A stretch of 32,000 nucleotides of DNA from Candidatus Saccharimonadota bacterium (GTDB taxonomy: Bacteria; Patescibacteriota; Saccharimonadia; Saccharimonadales; Saccharimonadaceae), in assembly GCA_000503915.1 (NCBI GenBank), contig CP006915.1, positions 660,001-692,000 of the forward strand, given 5' to 3'. Below are positions 7,441 through 15,578 of this stretch, piece by piece (the stretch's first letter is position 1; every line of letters starts with the position of its first letter). The position numbers and the translations under genes are program-made. Under the pieces are notes generated by a model, which made no database searches, had not been told where the DNA came from, and worked only from the letters and a program-made list of their open reading frames with translations.

Positions 7441-9379
7441 ACCGATCGTCCTATCAAACGGTGAACTGCATGTCGGCATCAACACCTATGGCATGGTGCA
7501 CGATTTTTACTTTCCTTATGTCGGCTTTGAAAACCATTCGGCTGGAAAGGATACTCGTCATAAGGTGGGCGTATGGTGTGATGGCCAAATAAGCTGGCTC
7601 GATGATTCGGATTGGCAGATTACGCAGCAAATAGCATCCGGAGCGCTGATCGGTCATACCAAAGCCTGGAATGAGCAGCTCGAAATACTACTCGAATTTG
7701 ACGACTTCATCACCACACACACGAATGCTTTTATCCGCAACATCCATGTTGTAAATCTGAAAAGCGAAGAGCGTGACATCCGTCTCTTTATGCATCAAGC
7801 GTTCGCTATCGGTGATTCGCGGAGCAATACAGATACGGCGCAGTATTTACCCGATAGTGACGCCGTACTTCACTACCGGGGTCGACGCGCCTTCATTATC
7901 GGTGGCAAGACAGCTCACGGCCTACCGTTTGACCAACACTCGATTGGTCTTTTCGGGATCGAAGGACGCGAGGGCACCTACCGAGACGCCGACGATGGCA
8001 ATCTGTCAGGGAGCAATGTCGAACATGGTCGCGTTGATTCGACGATTCGCTTTCAACTCTTAGTTCCAGGCCACGAATCACGACGAGTAAGTTACTGGAT
8101 TGCCGCTGGCACTTCGATGCGTGAAGCGCTAATGGTGCATCGTCAGATGCAGGAAAAGGACACTAGTTACCATCTGGCCCAGACTGTGAACTGGTGGGAC
8201 GAGTGGCTTCAGCCGGTGTACGTGGCTGCCGACAAACTGCCGACAAAATATCGCGAGTTGTTTATTCATAGTGCACTGGTGATCAAGGCGCACATCGACA
8301 AGCGCGGCGCAGTCATTGCGAGTAGCGACACCTCGATGCTCAACTATTCGCGCGATGCCTATGCCTATTGCTGGCCCCGTGACGGCGCCTATGCGCTGTG
8401 GCCACTGATGCGGCTTGGCTATGAGGCTGAAGCGCGCCAGTTCTTTGAGTTCTGTCGACGCGGGCTCCATCCAAACGGATACTTGATGCATAAATACCGG
8501 GCAGACGGCGCACTGGGCTCGAGCTGGCATCCTTATGTTCATGGAACGGAAAGCGCGCCGCCGATCCAAGAGGACGAAACTGCACTGACGCTCTTTATGT
8601 TTGCGCAGTATTATCATCAGCAGGAAGACAAAGCGCTGCTCGACGAATTTTACGACTCGATGGTACGACCGATGGCAGACTTCATGGCAAGCTATGTCGA
8701 TCAACTAACTGGCTTGCCGCGGCCAAGCTATGACCTATGGGAAGAAAAGTTCCTGACGACGACCTATACGACTGCGGTTGTGCAAGCCAGTCTTGCGGCG
8801 GCTGCCGAACTTGCTGAAATCATGGATGATGGAGATAATGCCGTCAAATGGCGAACTGCCAGCGATGACATGATCGTGGCGGCTCATAAATATCTTTACA
8901 ACCACAAGCGAGAGGCATTTTACAAAGGGCTTATCGTAAAGAATGACCAGATCGAATTCGATGAGACGATTGATGTCTCCAGTTTTTACGGCGTGTACAT
9001 GTTTGGACTTTTCTCGAGTCGCAGCGAGGAAGTGACGCAAATGTACCAGACATTGACCGATACGTTTCATCTTAGCGACAAGTCACCTGGCTTGCCTCGC
9101 TACGAATACGATGAATATCATCGGATCGATACTCATTCACTCGGCAATACCTGGGTAATTACGTCGCTTTGGCTGGCACAGTATTCACTTGAGGTACACG
9201 ATCAGCCACAGGCTATGGCTATTCTGGACTGGCTTGACCGAAACGTTGGCGCGGCGAACATGCTCGCGGAGCAAATCGATCCCAGCTCTGGTGCTCCACT
9301 GTCGGTCTCACCCCTCGTGTGGAGCCATGCAGAGTACATGGCTACCCTGCTCGATCTCACGATGGAGCAATCCTCATGA
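7433..9379 (+). CDS. glycoside hydrolase family 15 (glucoamylase/glucodextranase-like)
   Basis: About 648 aa. YCWPRDGAYALWPL and the (alpha/alpha)6-type C-terminal half are typical of GH15. I prefer the ATG at 7433 because of the GGGAGG SD 6 nt upstream. It overlaps the GH57 stop by 8 nt. Confidence 0.85.
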   Translation: MARPIVLSNGELHVGINTYGMVHDFYFPYVGFENHSAGKDTRHKVGVWCDGQISWLDDSDWQITQQIASGALIGHTKAWNEQLEILLEFDDFITTHTNAFIRNIHVVNLKSEERDIRLFMHQAFAIGDSRSNTDTAQYLPDSDAVLHYRGRRAFIIGGKTAHGLPFDQHSIGLFGIEGREGTYRDADDGNLSGSNVEHGRVDSTIRFQLLVPGHESRRVSYWIAAGTSMREALMVHRQMQEKDTSYHLAQTVNWWDEWLQPVYVAADKLPTKYRELFIHSALVIKAHIDKRGAVIASSDTSMLNYSRDAYAYCWPRDGAYALWPLMRLGYEAEARQFFEFCRRGLHPNGYLMHKYRADGALGSSWHPYVHGTESAPPIQEDETALTLFMFAQYYHQQEDKALLDEFYDSMVRPMADFMASYVDQLTGLPRPSYDLWEEKFLTTTYTTAVVQASLAAAAELAEIMDDGDNAVKWRTASDDMIVAAHKYLYNHKREAFYKGLIVKNDQIEFDETIDVSSFYGVYMFGLFSSRSEEVTQMYQTLTDTFHLSDKSPGLPRYEYDEYHRIDTHSLGNTWVITSLWLAQYSLEVHDQPQAMAILDWLDRNVGAANMLAEQIDPSSGAPLSVSPLVWSHAEYMATLLDLTMEQSS

Positions 9380-10032
9380 AACGTATTACCACTCGTCTAC
9401 AGAGCGCTCTGACAACGAATTCAGAAAAGAAGTTGATCACGAGTTTTGCCGAGCGCTGTGGCATGGTATACTTTGGATTTGTCAGCCAGCTGCGCGACGA
9501 ACACCGTATGGTGCGCGGCCTGACGGTATCCACGCGACATCGGGACAGGCACTACTGTATCGGAACCTATGAGGGCTATAATGTGACGTTTGTGGAGCGT
9601 AGCGATAGGATTCTGACGAATCACAGGCACAAGTGGCATATCCTCGAATTTGAGCTTAAGACAACCGCCGACCACCCGCATCTCTTTATCGGCTCGGATA
9701 AGCACGGTCTCGGCTTCCATGCACTTTTAAAAGCAAAGTATCCGATCATGAAACCACTACCGCTCGGGACAACTGCCGAATATCCAGCTGTGTTTACCGA
9801 CTATTTTCGTGTCTATACCCGACCGACGCATGCGGTCGAGGCAGAGCAACTCGTCACGCCCGAGATCGCCGGGCTACTCGGTGAGCATTTCAAGGGCTTG
9901 GCTGCCGAAGTGGCGCAACATTCCGTTTACGTCTACTCTGAACATGAGCAGATTACTAGTCGCCTACTCGACGTCATGATGGCCAACGGTATCTGGCTGG
10001 CGAAAGCGATCGATAAAAAATACCAGGCATAG
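9376..10032 (+). CDS. hypothetical protein, translationally coupled to the GH15 gene
   Basis: The start at MKRITTRLQSAL overlaps the GH15 stop as ATGA (9376-9379). 218 aa, His-rich, no motif I can name. It ends inside a strong terminator hairpin. Confidence 0.6.
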   Translation: MKRITTRLQSALTTNSEKKLITSFAERCGMVYFGFVSQLRDEHRMVRGLTVSTRHRDRHYCIGTYEGYNVTFVERSDRILTNHRHKWHILEFELKTTADHPHLFIGSDKHGLGFHALLKAKYPIMKPLPLGTTAEYPAVFTDYFRVYTRPTHAVEAEQLVTPEIAGLLGEHFKGLAAEVAQHSVYVYSEHEQITSRLLDVMMANGIWLAKAIDKKYQA

Positions 10033-10048
10033 GATGCCTGGTATTTTG
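10015..10048. terminator. bidirectional rho-independent terminator between convergent genes
   Basis: Perfect 11-bp stem ATACCAGGCAT/ATGCCTGGTAT (10020-10030 with 10034-10044) and a 3-nt loop. It is flanked by an A-run on the left and TTTT on the right. Confidence 0.75.
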
Positions 10049-10062
10049 CTAGCAGAGGTAGC

Positions 10063-10275
10063 TTATCCTTTGCGTGCTTTGACTTCGTTACGACCGAGGT
10101 TTTTCTTGGTTTCTTCGTAAACTGCGTGCTTACGTGCAATCGGGTCGTATTTGCGAATCGTTAATTTGCCAAGCCCGTTACGCTGCTGTGTATTGACGGT
10201 CGTGTAGTAGGTACGGTGACCAGTCAGTTGGCTCACTAAACCTATCAACTTTCGCTTTGTGTTCTTCTTTGCCAT
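10063..10275 (-). CDS. rpmG: 50S ribosomal protein L33 (cysteine-free form, unusually long at 70 aa)
   Basis: The core [36 protein letters not shown] matches the L33 pattern (..Y.T.KN....P.kLel.KY.P..rKH..h.E.K). There are no Cys residues. Confidence 0.75.
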   Translation of the reverse strand: MAKKNTKRKLIGLVSQLTGHRTYYTTVNTQQRNGLGKLTIRKYDPIARKHAVYEETKKNLGRNEVKARKG

Positions 10276-10359
10276 AACTCTCTCTTAAATTGTATTGCTA
10301 GTTAGATATATTGTAGCATTTTTACACTTTAAATGCTAGCGTACGCTAAAAAATAAAAA

Positions 10360-10435
10360 TGGAGCCATCGTCGGGGGTTGAACCCGAGACCTCATCCTTA
10401 CCATGGATGCGCTCTACCAACTGAGCTACGACGGC
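10360..10435 (-). tRNA. trnT: tRNA-Thr (anticodon GGU), 3'-CCA encoded
   Basis: Minus-strand read: GCCGTCGTAGCTCAGTTGGTAGAGCGCATCCATGGTAAGGATGAGGTCTCGGGTTCAACCCCCGACGATGGCTCCA. It folds as a cloverleaf with anticodon loop ATGGTAA. Confidence 0.9.
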
Positions 10436-10506
10436 ATAGGGCCTCTGCCGCGCATGTGCTCTACGATTTTTACGCATGGAGCGGCGATGACACTAGCAAA
10501 TAAAAA

Positions 10507-10591
10507 TGGTACCGGAGGTAGGACTCGAACCTACGAAGCTTAAAAGCGGGAGATTTACAGTCTCCTGTCATTGCCACTAGACGACTCCGGC
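10507..10591 (-). tRNA. trnY: tRNA-Tyr (anticodon GUA), long variable arm, 3'-CCA encoded
   Basis: Minus-strand read: GCCGGAGTCGTCTAGTGGCAATGACAGGAGACTGTAAATCTCCCGCTTTTAAGCTTCGTAGGTTCGAGTCCTACCTCCGGTACCA. The anticodon loop is CTGTAAA. Position 1-72 would be a G-U pair. Confidence 0.85.
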
Positions 10592-10609
10592 ATGTACAGA
10601 TTGTTAATA

Positions 10610-10686
10610 TGGAGCCGCTTCTCGGACTCGAACCGAGGACCTACTGTTTACAAAACAGTTGCTCTAACCAACTGAGCTAAAGCGGC
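10610..10686 (-). tRNA. trnT: tRNA-Thr (anticodon UGU), 3'-CCA encoded
   Basis: Minus-strand read: GCCGCTTTAGCTCAGTTGGTTAGAGCAACTGTTTTGTAAACAGTAGGTCCTCGGTTCGAGTCCGAGAAGCGGCTCCA. The anticodon loop is TTTGTAA. Confidence 0.9.
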
Positions 10687-10730
10687 ACGATTGCTATTTT
10701 ACCAGATGTAAGGAGTCTAAGGCAAGCTCG

Positions 10731-11384
10731 TCACATAATAACGCGGCGGGGTCGACGCACCCGTTTGGGCTGACCTTGCGGGATAATCAGCTTGGCTGCC
10801 TCTTCACGTAGATTTGTGGCTAGCTCAGTCTGACCTGTCCGCTCGTAGGCGTCGGCAAGAATGGTGAGTGTCTGGGGGTTTTTCTCAAGCTCCATCGCAC
10901 GTTCCAACTCGGTAAGCATACGCTTTTGGTGGCCGAGCTTCTCGAGCACCTTGGCGTAAGCGATGTGACGTGCCGCCAGATCCTCTTCCATCGCTAAAGC
11001 TTGCTCAAAGGCCAGCGCAGCCTTGTCATATTGCCCAGTTTCATAATAAATCAGGCCGACGTTATGGAGGCTCGAAGCACTCGGCTCAAGGCTTTGTGCG
11101 ATCTCAAAACATTCGATAGCATCATTGTAGGCCTGTTGCTTGGCGTACAGGATACCGAGACGGTTATAGGCGGTGGCATTACGTTCATCGACGCGTAAAA
11201 TGGTCAGAAGCGCCTTTTCGGCTCGCAAATAACGCCGATCCTGAAGTGATTCCTGAGCGATCTCCCATAGGCGATCAAGCTTTTCGGTGATACGCACTGG
11301 CAGATCAAGCGCTACTTCGTTGATCGTCTGCCGCTGGTAGAGAGCCCAGGCTCCGAATAGAGCCAGTAGTAATAGTCCTAGCAT
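10731..11384 (-). CDS. membrane-anchored tetratricopeptide (TPR) repeat protein
   Basis: 217 aa with an N-terminal hydrophobic helix, followed by repeated A..Y..LG..Y......A...F..AL..P units. Confidence 0.7.
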   Translation of the reverse strand: MLGLLLLALFGAWALYQRQTINEVALDLPVRITEKLDRLWEIAQESLQDRRYLRAEKALLTILRVDERNATAYNRLGILYAKQQAYNDAIECFEIAQSLEPSASSLHNVGLIYYETGQYDKAALAFEQALAMEEDLAARHIAYAKVLEKLGHQKRMLTELERAMELEKNPQTLTILADAYERTGQTELATNLREEAAKLIIPQGQPKRVRRPRRVIM

Positions 11385-11395
11385 TGTGCTCTTTA

Positions 11396-12217
11396 TTATA
11401 CCATGACTGCGCTGAGCTGGAGCCGAATGTTTCCATTTGTTTGGATCGCCTCCGCGGCTTCGATAAGGCTTTGGATTAGCTTTGCCACATCGCGTGTCGG
11501 TGTACGCATGAATAAGCGCTCCAGAATAAGTAGCAGTATACGGATAAACGCTAACGCACCCACCCGGTCTTCCTTGAAGGTCTGGATGATTACCAGACGG
11601 TCGTAGGTAGTGCCCTCAATGAAACGGCGCGCCTGTCCGGCTCGCGCGGCTAATTCGTCAAAATAACGCTTATCCGCTGACAAGCGACTAATCTCTGCCG
11701 GCAGGCCAGAAGCAATATAGAGGATCTGTGCGCGTAATTTTTCGTCGGTAATACCAAGCGATTTCGTCAGGCGGCGACTTGTTATTTCATCGACTCGTGG
11801 TACGGTAAAGCGCTGTACGCGTGAACGAATTGTCGGCAGTAGCTTTTCGGGCTGATGAGTGGTCAGAATAAAATGCGTTGAGCGGTTGGGCTCTTCGAGC
11901 AGCTTCAATAGTGCATTTTGAGCTGAGAGCGTCATGCTATCGGCGTCGTCTATGATGATAAACGATGCCTTTAGCTGTCGGCTACGCGCCGTTTCGTATA
12001 GGTCACGAATTGCTTCAGTGGCGATAGAAGGCACACCGGCTTTTGTTTTAGCGATCGGTCGAATAATAGCGATGATTTGTCCGGCAGTTTCGGCCATGTG
12101 ATGGGCCAATGCGTAAAGGCCTATACCTTCCGTGCCGGCGAGTAGTTGTGCATGCGGCAGTGCCACTCTGAACCGTTCGAGGAAAGCCGTCGTTTCAGGC
12201 GTGACGACAAGACTCAT
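11396..12217 (-). CDS. holB: DNA polymerase III subunit delta' (clamp-loader AAA+)
   Basis: 273 aa. The segment FIIIDDADSMTLSAQNALLKLLEEPNRSTHFILTTHQPEKLLPTIRSRVQRF is the classic delta'/gamma-type clamp-loader segment (SRC-like SRV). Confidence 0.75.
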   Translation of the reverse strand: MSLVVTPETTAFLERFRVALPHAQLLAGTEGIGLYALAHHMAETAGQIIAIIRPIAKTKAGVPSIATEAIRDLYETARSRQLKASFIIIDDADSMTLSAQNALLKLLEEPNRSTHFILTTHQPEKLLPTIRSRVQRFTVPRVDEITSRRLTKSLGITDEKLRAQILYIASGLPAEISRLSADKRYFDELAARAGQARRFIEGTTYDRLVIIQTFKEDRVGALAFIRILLLILERLFMRTPTRDVAKLIQSLIEAAEAIQTNGNIRLQLSAVMV

Positions 12218-13065
12218 GCGGCTACCTGCTGACTAAACTCAGGTGGCAGTGGTGCTTCAAATGTCGTCCGCTTTCCGCCGGGCAAGGTAATCTCAAGAGC
12301 GGCAGCGTGTAGGTACATGCGTTCAGCCGTCTCAAAGCCGTAGACCGTATCACCAATGATCGGCGTGCCGACGTATGCCATATGGACACGTAGCTGGTGT
12401 GTGCGCCCTGTATGTGGCTGCAGCTTCACGAGAGCATGCCTATCGTCGTGATTGAGTACTTCATAATACGTTTCTGCTGGCTTGCCATTGGGATCAACTC
12501 GAAAAGTACTTGGCTTGGCAGGATTGCGACCAATCGGCAGGTCGAGGACGGCACGCGGCTCCGGAGGGATGCCGGATACGACCGCCATGTACATCTTTTT
12601 TACCTTTCGTTCGGAGAATTGGCGCTGAAGGTACGCCGCGGCTTCTTCGTTTTTAACACAAAGCAGCACGCCCGAGGTGGCGCGGTCGAGCCGATGAATA
12701 ATGCCCGGTCGGTTTGTATCGGCTTTATATGTCGTCTTCGGACGGACAAATTCAGCAACAGTGAACTCATCATTTAGAGCACCCTTACTATGCGTGAGCA
12801 CGCCGACTGGCTTATTGATTACAATGACGTCATCGTCCTCATAAAGTATCGGCAGGCTGTCCGCAGAAAAGTCTGGTGGTATCGGCTGCTCAACTGATAC
12901 GTAGTCGTCTTCCCCGAGTTCGTGCTTTGGCAGTGTAATCACCTCACCGTTGACCTTGACGGCACCGGATTTGATTAGTTTTTGCCAGGTAGAGCGAGAC
13001 TGTTCGGGCCAATATTCGGCGACATAGACGTCGAGACGCATGCTAAACCTTTGGCCGGAGGCCAA
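12214..13065 (-). CDS. rluD: RluA-family 23S rRNA pseudouridine synthase (RluD-like, N-terminal S4 domain)
   Basis: 283 aa with the catalytic motif HRLDRATSGVLL plus the downstream GRTHQLRVH. It shares a 4-nt overlap with holB and a 23-nt overlap with trpS. Confidence 0.8.
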   Translation of the reverse strand: MASGQRFSMRLDVYVAEYWPEQSRSTWQKLIKSGAVKVNGEVITLPKHELGEDDYVSVEQPIPPDFSADSLPILYEDDDVIVINKPVGVLTHSKGALNDEFTVAEFVRPKTTYKADTNRPGIIHRLDRATSGVLLCVKNEEAAAYLQRQFSERKVKKMYMAVVSGIPPEPRAVLDLPIGRNPAKPSTFRVDPNGKPAETYYEVLNHDDRHALVKLQPHTGRTHQLRVHMAYVGTPIIGDTVYGFETAERMYLHAAALEITLPGGKRTTFEAPLPPEFSQQVAA

Positions 13066-14167
13066 CGGCTTGTTGAACCTTGAGAAGCGTCACATTCGCC
13101 TGCGTGTTCATAACCTGCTCAGAAAAAAACTTCAGTTTGGTCATGACGGCTTCGTCGTCGACGCTCGCCAGCTTTCCCTGGAAGTCGATCAGGAACTGTG
13201 TCATTTCGTCGGCGACGACTTTCTTGAAGTCACCATATCGCGTCACGCCGGCAAATTCTTTGGCCGTCTCTTCTTTTGATTTCCCGCGAAGAAGTGCTAA
13301 AATCTCGAGTAGATTCGTCACGCCAGGCTGGTTCTCCCTATCGAGCTGTACGTTTGCTTTGTCGTCGGTGGTCGCGCTCATGATCTTCTTGGCTGCCGCT
13401 TCCGGGTCGTCGCCGAGGAAGATGACGCCTTTTTCGTTGGTGGCTGACTTGCTCATCTTCTTCGTCGGATCGGTCAAGTCCATGATGCGTAATCCCTGGT
13501 CTTTACCGAAGAATTCGTGCTGTTTATTGACAGGCTCAGGGATGATAAAGAGGTCACCGAAGCGGTTATTCAGACGCTCGGCAATATCACGGGTAAATTC
13601 AAGGTGTTGTGACTGGTCGTCACCCACAGGTACGTACTTTGCTCTGTACAATAGTATGTCGGCCGCCATAAGCACCGGATAATTAAAAAGACCGACCGAA
13701 ACGGAATTCGAGGCAGACATTTTTGCATAGCTAACTGAAGCTTCGCCAGGTATTTCAGTGGCGTCAACGGTTACGCCACCTTTCAAAATATTACGTTCAA
13801 GGAGGAGCGATTTGTCCTTAAACTGTGTCATACGGCTCATCTCACCAAAGCCGGTAAAGCAATCCAAAATCCACGTCAGTTCACTATGCGCCGACACATG
13901 ACTCTGGCGGTAAAGATAGATATTTTCATTATCAAGTGGTAAACCGGCAGCGGCGAAAAGCCGGGCATTATTTAATATCTGCTCATACAGCTGCGAATGG
14001 TCGATCGGCGTCGTGAAACTATGGAGGTCTGGGATAAACATGTTGATTTGATATTCATCCGAGTGGGTTTTCGCCATGTCGATCAGCGGCAACATAGCGC
14101 CAAAGTAGTTGCCGATATGGAGGTCGTTGTTGGCGCGGAGGCCGGTGAGAATTACAGGTTTAGTCAT
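13043..14167 (-). CDS. trpS: tryptophan--tRNA ligase
   Basis: Class I signatures HIGNY and KMSKS, plus RMTQFKDKS and GLFNYPVLMAADILLY as in bacterial TrpRS. I prefer the start at M4 (14165-14167) because TGGTATAAT ends exactly 7 nt upstream. The track ORF extends to 14176. Confidence 0.88.
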   Translation of the reverse strand: MTKPVILTGLRANNDLHIGNYFGAMLPLIDMAKTHSDEYQINMFIPDLHSFTTPIDHSQLYEQILNNARLFAAAGLPLDNENIYLYRQSHVSAHSELTWILDCFTGFGEMSRMTQFKDKSLLLERNILKGGVTVDATEIPGEASVSYAKMSASNSVSVGLFNYPVLMAADILLYRAKYVPVGDDQSQHLEFTRDIAERLNNRFGDLFIIPEPVNKQHEFFGKDQGLRIMDLTDPTKKMSKSATNEKGVIFLGDDPEAAAKKIMSATTDDKANVQLDRENQPGVTNLLEILALLRGKSKEETAKEFAGVTRYGDFKKVVADEMTQFLIDFQGKLASVDDEAVMTKLKFFSEQVMNTQANVTLLKVQQAVGLRPKV

Positions 14168-14174
14168 TGGCCTC

Positions 14175-14183
14175 ATTATACCA
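14175..14183 (-). promoter_or_regulatory. extended -10 box (TGGTATAAT) of leaderless trpS
   Basis: Minus-strand read: AATGGTATAAT-GAGGCCA-ATG. No SD is present. Confidence 0.5.
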
Positions 14184-14222
14184 TTTTCGTCTCAATGGTC
14201 ACTGTTAAACTACTTAAGCGTC

Positions 14223-14231
14223 TGTCATACT
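14223..14231 (+). promoter_or_regulatory. extended -10 box (TGTCATACT) of the leaderless lipid-kinase gene
   Basis: Plus-strand read: TGTCATACT-GTAGATA-ATG(14239). No SD is present. Confidence 0.45.
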
Positions 14232-14238
14232 GTAGATA

Positions 14239-15129
14239 ATGCCTGCTATCTTCTCGCATATTGCCATTATCTTCAACCCTGAGAGTACGGGAAACGCGCC
14301 AACGCTCGCCAAGAAGCTAGCGAAAGACTTGAAGGGGCGTGGCTACGCATCACGTTTAGAGCCGACGAAGCGCGTTGGTCACGCGATCGAGATAGCAAAA
14401 CGTATCAGCCTGAAACACAAACGGCCACTTATTATCTCCGTCAGTGGTGACGGCGGCTACAATGAAGTCATTAACGGGGTGATGGCCGCAAAAAGGGTGT
14501 CAAAGAAAGCGAACCCCGTCGTCTCAGTACTCGGTGCTGGCAACGCCAACGACCACTACCGTGTCATGCACGATGAGCCAATCATCGATCTGATTGCGAA
14601 GAACAGCGTCCAGCTGATGGATCTCATCTCCATCAGCGTCACTGCGCCGCGATTTTCACTGGAGCGCTACGCGCATTCGTATATCGGCTTTGGTATTACG
14701 CCAGAAATTGGTGACGAACTAAATCGCCATAGTAAAGATATATTTAGCGAAATCGTACTAGTGATAAAGAGTTTTATGAAGTTTAAGCCATTCACCATCT
14801 CGCATGAGGGGGTCAAGCGAGTTTGCGACAGTCTATTGTTTGCTAATATTAACGAAATGGCGAAATTTGTCTCATTGGATGATAAGAATACGACATATGA
14901 CAACCTCTTCACAATGATTGAGTTCGGCCATCGCGGTAAAACTTCCCTACTACTCACACTCCTCAAAGCAGCCACACTAGGCCTACGCAACCAACCAAGT
15001 TACAGAGAGTACACCTTTACCATTCTCGATGAGTTAGCCGTCCAGTGTGATGGAGAAATCGATACACTACAAGCAGGTGCGAAGGTGACGATAAAAAGCC
15101 GCCCACATGCTATCGACTCGCTGCACTAA
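14239..15129 (+). CDS. diacylglycerol-kinase catalytic-domain lipid kinase (YegS/LCB5-like)
   Basis: 296 aa. The motif LIISVSGDGGYNEVINGV (GDG.. motif of DAGK_cat) is preceded by an NAD-kinase-like N-terminal beta strand, IAIIFNPES. Confidence 0.72.
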   Translation: MPAIFSHIAIIFNPESTGNAPTLAKKLAKDLKGRGYASRLEPTKRVGHAIEIAKRISLKHKRPLIISVSGDGGYNEVINGVMAAKRVSKKANPVVSVLGAGNANDHYRVMHDEPIIDLIAKNSVQLMDLISISVTAPRFSLERYAHSYIGFGITPEIGDELNRHSKDIFSEIVLVIKSFMKFKPFTISHEGVKRVCDSLLFANINEMAKFVSLDDKNTTYDNLFTMIEFGHRGKTSLLLTLLKAATLGLRNQPSYREYTFTILDELAVQCDGEIDTLQAGAKVTIKSRPHAIDSLH

Positions 15130-15130
15130 G

Positions 15131-15155
15131 CAAAAACCGCCCAATAGAGGGCGGT
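15131..15155 (-). terminator. rho-independent terminator at the end of the rplM-rpsI unit
   Basis: Stem ACCGCCC/GGGCGGT (15136-15142 with 15149-15155) with a 6-nt loop. On the minus strand it is followed by TTTTTG. It also lies just after the convergent plus-strand gene. Confidence 0.65.
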
Positions 15156-15178
15156 CTTGAAACTCAAATGGTTGTTTT

Positions 15179-15577
15179 TTAACGCTTTGAGTATTGCTCA
15201 CGTTTACGAGCTGAACGTAGGCCGTATTTCTTGCGTTCCTTCTCGCGTGGGTCACGCTTCAGGAATTCGGCTTTTTTAAGCGTACTACGGAGGTCACTGT
15301 GCTCGGTGGTCAATGCTTTGGCGATTGCCAGCTTGATGGCGTCCACCTGGCCACTGAGACCACCACCCGAGACACGGATGGTAATATCGTAATCTTTTTG
15401 CTTGTTGACCAGCGCCAGTGGGTCGGTCACTTCGGCGAGCAGCGTCTTGTTGCCGTCTAGGTAATCGCTAGCTGTCTTGTCGTTAATCGTAATCTCACCC
15501 TTACCCTTAAACAGGCGGGCGCGTGCCGTGGCACTCTTGCGGCGGCCAAGGCCGTAGACATATTTACTATCTGCCAT
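15179..15577 (-). CDS. rpsI: 30S ribosomal protein S9
   Basis: 132 aa ending ...KKYGLRSARKREQYSKR, the typical S9 C-terminus. It contains GGGLSGQVDAIKLAIAKAL. Confidence 0.95.
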   Translation of the reverse strand: MADSKYVYGLGRRKSATARARLFKGKGEITINDKTASDYLDGNKTLLAEVTDPLALVNKQKDYDITIRVSGGGLSGQVDAIKLAIAKALTTEHSDLRSTLKKAEFLKRDPREKERKKYGLRSARKREQYSKR

Positions 15578-15578
15578 G

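Noticed and set aside
8129-8704. 191-aa minus-strand ORF inside the GH15 gene
   Set aside because: It is antisense to a gene with clear family motifs. The translation is His/Arg/Cys-rich without domain character. It is most likely a chance open frame.
10436-10506. 70-bp spacer between tRNA-Thr and tRNA-Tyr with a repeated CGCATG motif
   Set aside because: The two copies are direct repeats, not inverted ones. They form no convincing hairpin or tRNA-like fold. This is probably just a processing spacer.
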